Source: Candidatus Saccharimonadota bacterium (GTDB taxonomy: Bacteria; Patescibacteriota; Patescibacteriia; 2-12-FULL-60-25). From it: 32,000 bases of DNA. Shown here piece by piece: positions 25,383-30,468 of the stretch; within the stretch, counting starts at the first letter, position 1; each line of letters starts with the position of its first letter. The stretch is taken from the NCBI GenBank assembly GCA_016699205.1, contig CP064964.1, positions 840,001 through 872,000 on the forward strand, in the 5' to 3' direction. The translations under genes were made by a program, and so were the position numbers. The notes beneath the pieces were generated by a model, which was not told the DNA's origin, did no database searches, and saw only the letters and a program-made list of their open reading frames with translations.

Positions 25383-25955
25383 TCAGAGGGGTTTGCGCGC
25401 GAGTAGAACGAGGACCTCGTTGTTCAACTCCTGTCCTTGGGGACCGCGCTGTGCGCAGGAGCGCATCTCGACGCTCTTGGTGATGATCTCCCACTTGGCG
25501 TAGGCCTTGAGGGTCTCGTCGACCTTGGGAAAGAAGCGCTGGTGGCCTGCGCGCGCCAGGTCGCCGTTCTCGGTGAACTGCAGGATGGCGTGGTATCCGC
25601 CCCGCTTGAGCGAGGTCCGGATGTGGTAGAGGCGTTCGATTGCATCCTCGGGCCTCAGGTAGTGGAGGCTGAACGAGTTGATGATCGCGTCGCGGTTGTT
25701 GTAGCCGATACGGAAGTCGCGCATGTCGCAGACCTCGGTATGGATCTCGAGATTCTCCTTGGCGGCCATCGCCTTCAGAGTATCGATCTCTTTGGCGTTC
25801 TTGTCCCAGGCCTCGACCTTGATGCCTTGGCGAGCGAGATAGAGGGCGTTGCGGCCTTCGCCTGAGCCCATGTCGAGCGTCATGCTGCCGCGGGGCAGTT
25901 TCTCTGCCAATTGAACGATGATGTTCTCCGGTTCGCCTTTGCCGTATACGGCCAT
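25383..25955 (-). CDS. TehB-like class I SAM-dependent methyltransferase
   Basis: LDMGSGEGRNALYLARQGIKVEAWDKN parallels E. coli TehB [27 protein letters not shown] (recalled). The rest is collinear, ending …LVLLARKP. Confidence 0.8.
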   Translation of the reverse strand: MAVYGKGEPENIIVQLAEKLPRGSMTLDMGSGEGRNALYLARQGIKVEAWDKNAKEIDTLKAMAAKENLEIHTEVCDMRDFRIGYNNRDAIINSFSLHYLRPEDAIERLYHIRTSLKRGGYHAILQFTENGDLARAGHQRFFPKVDETLKAYAKWEIITKSVEMRSCAQRGPQGQELNNEVLVLLARKPL

Positions 25956-25985
25956 GATCGACCCCCGTGAAAAAGGTGCCGACGC

Positions 25986-26013
25986 ATTGTAATGAAATAT
26001 CGTGCTTTGTCAA
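25986..26013 (-). promoter_or_regulatory. Sigma70-type promoter of the TehB-like gene
   Basis: Minus strand reads TTGACA (26013-26008), 16-nt spacer, TACAAT (25991-25986). A GGGGG SD-like run lies 8 nt before the ATG. Confidence 0.5.
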
Positions 26014-26031
26014 CCCGTCAGCCAATACAAA

Positions 26032-26055
26032 AACGCCCCGATTTCTCGGAGCGTT
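26032..26055 (-). terminator. Candidate terminator downstream of tRNA-Gly
   Basis: Minus strand reads AACGCTCCGA-GAAA-TCGGGGCGTT (one mismatch) followed by TTTGTATT. Confidence 0.4.
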
Positions 26056-26060
26056 GTTGT

Positions 26061-26135
26061 TGGAGCGGGTAGAGGGAGTCGAACCCTCATCTCTACCTTG
26101 GCAAGGTAGCATAATAGCCGCTATACGATACCCGC
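26061..26135 (-). tRNA. tRNA-Gly (anticodon GCC), CCA encoded
   Basis: Reverse complement is GCGGGTATCGTATAGCGGCTATTATGCTACCTTGCCAAGGTAGAGATGAGGGTTCGACTCCCTCTACCCGCTCCA. Anticodon stem CTACC/GGTAG, loop TTGCCAA, T-arm GAGGG-TTCGACT-CCCTC. The D-stem pairing is weak. Confidence 0.85.
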
Positions 26136-26183
26136 TCGGTCACCGTATTATTTCCGGCGACCCATACGTTATCAAGGCTCGAT

Positions 26184-28397
26184 TTATTGTGCAAGGGCAG
26201 CGAGTTTCTTGAGTTTTCGGTCCTTGGCTAGGCGTCTGAGGCGTTTATAGCCCTCTGTAACGGCGATGGTAACTCCAGCGGCGCCAAAGGGCGTCCAAGC
26301 GGGCCAGGTCGTTTTAGGTTCTCCGACAGGGGCTAGCTTGGCATGGGCGATAATCTCGATTTCCGGAGTTTGGCGGGGGTAGAGGATCGGTTCTTCAGCG
26401 CGGGTGTCGATGATACCCGTGATGCGTACGAGGTCGCCTTTGGAGAGGCGTTCTGCCCGGTAGCCGGTTACCGGACGGATTTTGACCGTGATCGGGACAC
26501 CGCCAAGCTCCAGGTTTACGCGGCCGCTACCGGTTTCAAGCACGGTGCCTGTTACCTGGATCAGACTCCAGGCATCTTCTTGTGATGGAGCGAGGAGATC
26601 GACGACGCGGGGTTCAATCGATTCTGTTCCTTCCAGCTTTACCCATTTATCTTTGGAGAGCATCTTTAGCGATAGACCGTCATCGTTCAAGCTTAATGTT
26701 CCGGTGAGACGGATTTTGCTGCCGAATTCCGGCGAGAGCTGTTTGCTAGTGCCCCGCACGAGTAGTCCGCGTCCGTCGGGTGTATGGAGCGTGAATTGGT
26801 TTTTAGAAAGGATGCCGGGAATGGTTCCGACGGTTCCTTCCAGCGTGACTCGGATTTCCGGTTCTAATTGCGTGAGCATATCGATAGTGACGAGAGGCGG
26901 GACTGGATCGACTTTTGGTGTCGTTACTTTTTTAACGGTTGTGGTTTTTGGTTTAGCGGTGCTTGTTGTTTTGGTTGTTGCCTTTGGTTTTGCTGTAGTT
27001 GTTTTCTTTTCTTCAGTGGTAACTTGAGTTTGTGTTGTGGTAGCAACGACAATCGGTAGCTCGACTGTTGGAGCTGGTGGGGTGACGGCTGGGATTGGAG
27101 CGGGAGCGGAGGTTGTTACTGGGCTTGGAGCGGGTGCCACTTGAACGATTGGCGGCGGATCTTGAATCCAGGCCGTATTGTTTGCGTTTTTTCTCCAGCC
27201 GGTTCCGCGCGTTGTTTCAGGAAAAGACATTCGTTCTGCGATGCTTCCGTCGGGACGAGCGAGCTCGACTGAGTCTCCGCTATTATTGAGACGCGCTGAA
27301 GCAAGTGAGATGCGCCAGATGTTTCCGTTGATTGAGATACGTTCATTTGCGCCAGCGAATCGATAGATAGAGGCGGAAGCATCATGCAGGCTCCAGTTTT
27401 CTGCTTGGGCGAGCGTTGTTCCTGTTGGAACGATTAGCTCAATCCATTCATCGCCGGATTCTGGAGCGGGGAATATCGCATGCAAATGAAGAATGAGTGG
27501 AGCGGTTGATGTTGTGATCGCTGTCGGAGTTAGTGCGGGTTCGGGGTTATTTGTTGCGATGGGTGCAGGCTCCGGTTGTTCAATCGTTGGAAGTTCTATC
27601 GTCGTTGTTGGAACTTCAGTGATTGGCTCCGTTGATGTCGTGTCTGTTATTTCAAGGGTACTGGATGTCCCGACAAGCGGTTCCAGCACGGGATCTGTTG
27701 AAGTAGGCGTTTCCAGTTCGACGACAGGCTCGGTTGATGTAGGGATTTCAATGATGGGTTCTGTCGTTGTTGGTGTTTCGATGATCGGTTCTGGTTCGGG
27801 CGATGCTTCTGGTTCTGTGCATGCATCGCAAAAACCTGGAGTTGCGAGATCGTTGATGTCTGGGTCGAGATTTATTGAGGATGTAGCGCTTTGCCAGAGG
27901 TTGTCTGCCGTACGGATCATCGATATTTTATTTGGAAGTGATGAGCCTGCCGGAGGTGCGCTGCCATCGCCGGCAGAATCAATAAGCGTGCCGTCGGATG
28001 TGAGAAGTTCTATCTTTAATGCGCTATTGGAGAGTGAGATAGCCGTGGTTACAAGCTGTACGGAGGTTGCACTGATGGATTTTTCATCATCGTGGGCGTA
28101 GTTGGCGACGAGAAAGGCGCCGTGAGCGGGGATGATGTGTGTTTCGTTGAAGGTGATATCCGATGGGCTTGCGCCGCGCAGAATGTATCCGGTGAGGACA
28201 AGTGGTTCATCGGAATTGTTCCAAAGTTCGAGCCACTCATCGGCGGAGGAGAGCGACGAGCCGGCCCACATGACTTCACCGATGATCGGTGTTTGCGCAG
28301 CATGCACGGTGTTGGGCGCATGGAAAAAGGGGAGAGGGGAAAGTAGTGCGGAATAAAATAGCGTGCGGAAAAACCTGCCCACGGAGCGTGGGATCAT
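26184..28397 (-). CDS. Secreted, C-terminally anchored surface protein: two lamin-tail domains, two OB-fold-like modules, Thr/Pro-rich linkers
   Basis: Signal peptide (…NTVHA/AQTP). LTD hallmarks ADEWLELWNNSDEPLVLTGY (aa ~52-71) and GDEWIELIVPTG (aa ~315-326). Beta-rich modules at aa ~505-685 (IRVTLEGTVGTIPG…, LIQVTGTVLETGSGRVNLE…DLVRITGIID). TM helix WTPFGAAGVTIAV followed by a basic tail. Confidence 0.7.
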   Translation of the reverse strand: MIPRSVGRFFRTLFYSALLSPLPFFHAPNTVHAAQTPIIGEVMWAGSSLSSADEWLELWNNSDEPLVLTGYILRGASPSDITFNETHIIPAHGAFLVANYAHDDEKSISATSVQLVTTAISLSNSALKIELLTSDGTLIDSAGDGSAPPAGSSLPNKISMIRTADNLWQSATSSINLDPDINDLATPGFCDACTEPEASPEPEPIIETPTTTEPIIEIPTSTEPVVELETPTSTDPVLEPLVGTSSTLEITDTTSTEPITEVPTTTIELPTIEQPEPAPIATNNPEPALTPTAITTSTAPLILHLHAIFPAPESGDEWIELIVPTGTTLAQAENWSLHDASASIYRFAGANERISINGNIWRISLASARLNNSGDSVELARPDGSIAERMSFPETTRGTGWRKNANNTAWIQDPPPIVQVAPAPSPVTTSAPAPIPAVTPPAPTVELPIVVATTTQTQVTTEEKKTTTAKPKATTKTTSTAKPKTTTVKKVTTPKVDPVPPLVTIDMLTQLEPEIRVTLEGTVGTIPGILSKNQFTLHTPDGRGLLVRGTSKQLSPEFGSKIRLTGTLSLNDDGLSLKMLSKDKWVKLEGTESIEPRVVDLLAPSQEDAWSLIQVTGTVLETGSGRVNLELGGVPITVKIRPVTGYRAERLSKGDLVRITGIIDTRAEEPILYPRQTPEIEIIAHAKLAPVGEPKTTWPAWTPFGAAGVTIAVTEGYKRLRRLAKDRKLKKLAALAQ
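26898..27158 (-). repeat. In-frame Pro/Ala then Lys/Thr-rich low-complexity linker (aa ~414-500)
   Basis: …APAPSPVTTSAPAPIPAVTPPAP… then TTTAKPKATTKTTSTAKPKTTTVKKVTTPK. Confidence 0.5.
27498..27818 (-). repeat. In-frame degenerate tandem repeats encoding a T/S-T-E-P-I/V-x-E linker (aa ~194-300)
   Basis: Peptide …EPIIETPTTTEPIIEIPTSTEPVVELETPTSTDPVLEP…TSTEPITEVPTTT…. The DNA shows recurring GGNTCNGTTGATG-like units on the plus strand. Confidence 0.55.
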
Positions 28398-28467
28398 ACG
28401 CGATTTGGTTACCGGTCCAAGCGCTTATTCGACAAGCATCAAATCAAGCGTTGTTCCCGGGCCTTGA

Positions 28468-28505
28468 TCTACTCCGTTGGAATAATTTAAGTGAAATGTC
28501 AAGAG
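28468..28505. repeat. Duplicated ~38-nt motif, copy A (partner 28714-28751)
   Basis: TCTACTCCGTTGGAATAATTT is identical in both copies (21/21). A partly conserved stretch follows, ending in TGTCAAG (minus strand CTTGACA). The offset between copies is exactly 246 nt. Copy A lies ~70 nt upstream of the LTD-protein start on the minus strand. Confidence 0.8.
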
Positions 28506-28520
28506 TAGATGTGTGTATAA

Positions 28521-28555
28521 AACAAAACACCGCCGCTATGCGGAGGTGTTTTGTT
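28521..28555. terminator. Strong hairpin (terminator-like on either strand)
   Basis: AACAAAACACC-g-CCG-CTATG-CGG-a-GGTGTTTTGTT: 14 bp with one internal mismatch and T-rich 3' arms on both strands. Confidence 0.5.
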
Positions 28556-28564
28556 TGCAAGCAT

Positions 28565-28696
28565 GGAGCTCGTCGAGACTTGGTAATCTGAGTCTATTGT
28601 ATGGACGCTATGGCTACCTGTCAATAGCTATTTGTTGCGAGCCGGAGAGGGGAATCGAACCCCTTTGCATAAGATTACCAAGTCTCTGCAAGCTCC
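28565..28696. repeat. Long-range inverted repeat (arms 28565-28589 and 28672-28696)
   Basis: GGAGC-n5-GAGACTTGGTAATCT is complementary to AGATTACCAAGTCTC-n5-GCTCC (15 + 5 perfect pairs), with ~82 nt between the arms. The right arm lies inside the tRNA-like element. Confidence 0.8.
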
Positions 28697-28711
28697 AAAC
28701 CTCCGGCCCGC
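28637..28711 (-). ncRNA. Non-canonical tRNA-like element (no CCA, no D-arm, 8-nt anticodon-like loop CTTGGTAA)
   Basis: Minus strand is GCGGGCCGGAGGTTTGGAGCTTGCAGAGACTTGGTAATCTTATGCAAAGGGGTTCGATTCCCCTCTCCGGCTCGC. It has a perfect T-arm (AGGGG-TTCGATT-CCCCT) and an 11-12 bp closing stem (GCGGGCCGGAG/CTCCGGCTCGC). Its central hairpin TTGCA…TGCAA carries a TTGGTAA (Thr-GGT-like) loop with one extra base. Confidence 0.4.
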
Positions 28712-28713
28712 GT

Positions 28714-28751
28714 TCTACTCCGTTGGAATAATTTGATCGGATTGTCAAGGG
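28714..28751. repeat. Duplicated ~38-nt motif, copy B (partner 28468-28505)
   Basis: See copy A. Copy B abuts the 5' end of the tRNA-like element on the minus strand, and lies ~85 nt upstream of ATG 28837 on the plus strand. Confidence 0.8.
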
Positions 28752-28836
28752 GATGAAGGTGAGCGTATTGACAAAATCGTATTTTAATGGTTATTTCCGT
28801 ATCGTCCTTTTGATCAATTCGCGGGAGAACCATCGC

Positions 28837-29346
28837 ATGACCCAGGCAGAATCAACGCATGAGCTCGCGACCCGATATTCGGCTCTTGTCGACTATCAGT
28901 CGCTCCCTCTCAGTAAGCTCGAGACGTTGTTCGATTACGTCTATGAGAGGTATCTCGAGACCGCGCTTCAGCCGATCGATGCCTGCAAGGGTGTCTCCAA
29001 GGAGCCTCGCGAGATCGCGTTCGAGTTCGTGCACCTGAACCGCTTCATCAGTACCGAGGAAGCTCTCAGTGAGCTCAAGCGCCTCGGTTTCCGTCCTGCG
29101 CTTCACGAGGAGGCAATCACGGTGGCGCCGCATCTCGCAAAGCAGCATGCGGCAACAATGTCGCCGCAGTGCGCCATGTCCGTGAAGACGTATCCGATCG
29201 CGGTGCTGGGCTCCACGCATGTCCAGCGCCATCGGGTTTGCTCGCTGTATCTCTACTGGACCAAGGATGATGAGTGGACTCTTTGCGACTATCCCATCGA
29301 CGCGGGTTGGGTAAGCACGGTCCGTTTCCTCGTCGTTCGTGAATGA
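28837..29346 (+). CDS. Hypothetical protein, G/C-ending codon bias unlike its neighbours
   Basis: 169-aa ORF from ATG 28837. The ORF-track start at 28753 lies inside the repeat motif and adds an implausible N-terminus. A clean terminator follows. No family recognised. Confidence 0.5.
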   Translation: MTQAESTHELATRYSALVDYQSLPLSKLETLFDYVYERYLETALQPIDACKGVSKEPREIAFEFVHLNRFISTEEALSELKRLGFRPALHEEAITVAPHLAKQHAATMSPQCAMSVKTYPIAVLGSTHVQRHRVCSLYLYWTKDDEWTLCDYPIDAGWVSTVRFLVVRE

Positions 29347-29356
29347 TTTTTTCTCT

Positions 29357-29384
29357 GACCGCTCATCTGAAAAGGTGAGCGGTC
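29357..29384 (+). terminator. Intrinsic terminator
   Basis: GACCGCTCA-tctgaaaagg-TGAGCGGTC followed by TTTCGTTTT. Confidence 0.65.
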
Positions 29385-29444
29385 TTTCGTTTTAATAGAG
29401 TGGGGGATGTGGATAAGTTTTATTTTAATTGATTTTATAGGCGT

Positions 29445-29480
29445 TTGACTTTTGTTCTAGTGCGTTCTATTCTTGTTCTA
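29445..29480 (+). promoter_or_regulatory. lexA promoter with overlapping triple GTTCTA direct repeat (candidate LexA operator)
   Basis: TTGACT (29445-29450), 17-nt spacer, TATTCT (29468-29473). GTTCTA occurs at 29454, 29464 and 29475 (spacing 10 and 11 nt), including one GTTC-N7-GTTC unit. The ATG at 29482 is only 8 nt past the -10 hexamer. Confidence 0.5.
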
Positions 29481-29481
29481 T

Positions 29482-30105
29482 ATGCCAGCCCCTCTCACGC
29501 CAAAACAAAAAGAAGTTCTCGATTACATCGTGAATTTCATCAACGAGCACGGTTATCCTCCGTCGTATCGTGAGATTGCCGGCGGATTGGAGCTCGCGTC
29601 CCCTTCTACGGTTCACACGCATGTTCAAGCTTTGCGTACGCGCGGATTTTTGCGCGGCGCAGAATCAACAGGAGGCAATCGTGAACTTGAGCCGACCGAC
29701 AAAGCCGTGCGTTGGGGCCGCAGTGTTATCTTGCCGCTTAAAGGTTTGATTACAGCCGGACAGCCGATTGAAGCGGTGGAAGAGCGCGAGACATTCGCCG
29801 TTCCGGTGGACCTAGTCCCCGACTCCGCCAATTCTTATGTTTTGCGCGTGAAGGGAGAATCCATGATCGATGAAGGAATTTTTGATGGCGATTATGTGAT
29901 CGTGGAAAGAAACCCGTCTCCCAAGAATGGTGAAGTTGTCGTTGCGCTTCTTGAGAATGCTTATGCGACGCTGAAGAAGTTTTATCGGGAGAAAGATCGT
30001 ATCCGTTTGCAACCAGCCAATAAAACCATGCAGCCGATTTATTGTTACGATCCGTTAATTCAAGGCGTGGTACGTGCTGTTATCCGTTCGTACAGACAGG
30101 TTTAG
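29482..30105 (+). CDS. lexA: LexA repressor
   Basis: N-terminal wHTH (LTPKQKEVLDYI…GYPPSYREIA), Ala-Gly cleavage site (ITAGQP), and the S24 peptidase Ser/Lys dyad (VKGESMID … ATLKKF). Confidence 0.9.
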   Translation: MPAPLTPKQKEVLDYIVNFINEHGYPPSYREIAGGLELASPSTVHTHVQALRTRGFLRGAESTGGNRELEPTDKAVRWGRSVILPLKGLITAGQPIEAVEERETFAVPVDLVPDSANSYVLRVKGESMIDEGIFDGDYVIVERNPSPKNGEVVVALLENAYATLKKFYREKDRIRLQPANKTMQPIYCYDPLIQGVVRAVIRSYRQV

Positions 30106-30119
30106 CCACTATCGAGCGT

Positions 30120-30185
30120 CCGGAGTCGCCAAAATCCAGGCAAGGACGAGTTGCGTCGCGCAGCTCGTGATTTTGACGACTCCGG
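30120..30185. repeat. 66-nt imperfect hairpin between lexA and the downstream small ORF
   Basis: CCGGAGTCGCCAAAAT … ATTTTGACGACTCCGG pairs at 15 of 16 positions. The 34-nt interior contains a nested ACGAG/CTCGT stem. No T-tract follows. Confidence 0.6.
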
Positions 30186-30210
30186 ATCCTTGATCCATTC
30201 ATTGTCGCCT

Positions 30211-30459
30211 ATGTCTTATGAAGCCGTGCGCGAGCCTGTAGAAGTGCTCGTTGCATTCCGTCAAAATCGTCCAGAACCCATGATGTTTAAGTGGGGCAAA
30301 CAGCATTATCAAGTGAAAGCCGTGAACTTGGTACACGCTGAGCGCGTTGGTCGTGAAAAAGTGTATTACTTTTCCGTGTCCGATGACGCGAATGCCTATC
30401 GCCTATCGTTTCATACAGAATCTTTAGGCTGGCAGTTGGAAGAGATGTGCGTTCTATGA
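30211..30459 (+). CDS. Small conserved-looking protein between lexA and dinB, function unknown
   Basis: 82 aa from ATG 30211; the TTG 30151 start of the ORF track lies inside the hairpin. It ends 9 nt before dinB. Predicted beta-rich (…VEVLVAFRQNRPEPMMFKWGKQHYQVKAVNLVH…VYYFSVSDDANAYRLSF…WQLEEM). Confidence 0.5.
   Translation: MSYEAVREPVEVLVAFRQNRPEPMMFKWGKQHYQVKAVNLVHAERVGREKVYYFSVSDDANAYRLSFHTESLGWQLEEMCVL
30447..30457 (+). promoter_or_regulatory. Second copy of the lexA-operator 11-mer GTGCGTTCTAT, 11 nt upstream of the dinB ATG
   Basis: Exact match to 29460-29470 in the lexA promoter. The next half-site is degenerate (GTTC-N7-AATC). Confidence 0.3.
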
Positions 30460-30468
30460 TGAATCATT

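Noticed and set aside
25315-26112. 265-aa minus-strand ORF (and the 142-aa plus-strand ORF 25437-25865) overlapping the TehB-like gene and reaching into tRNA-Gly
   Set aside because: They are alternative-frame products of a GC-rich segment (Arg/Pro/Gly-rich). The TehB-like frame has clear SAM-methyltransferase motifs plus its own promoter, SD and terminator.
26898-27818. Tandem repeats considered as a CRISPR array or non-coding satellite
   Set aside because: The units are degenerate and lack unique spacers. They lie in frame within a continuous 737-aa ORF, where they encode Thr/Pro/Glu- and Lys/Thr-rich linkers.
27493-28101. 202-aa plus-strand Ser/Gly/Val-rich ORF
   Set aside because: It is the mirror image of the Thr/Pro/Glu repeat region of the LTD protein on the opposite strand, a typical low-complexity shadow ORF.
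28637-28711. Calling the tRNA-like element a functional tRNA-Thr or a tmRNA
   Set aside because: It has no D-arm, an 8-nt anticodon-like loop and no encoded CCA, unlike the other three tRNAs. For tmRNA there is no G3-U70 pair, no tag reading frame and no pseudoknot-sized body. I left it as an unclassified tRNA-like ncRNA candidate.
28468-28751. The 21-nt perfect direct repeats as att sites of an integrated element
   Set aside because: Only 246 nt separate them, no integrase or cargo is present, and the repeat does not overlap the 3' end of the tRNA-like element as tRNA-targeting integrations usually do.
30151-30210. TTG start at 30151 for the small ORF upstream of dinB
   Set aside because: That start lies inside the 66-nt hairpin and has no SD. 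The in-frame ATG at 30211 follows the structure and gives a compact 82-aa product.
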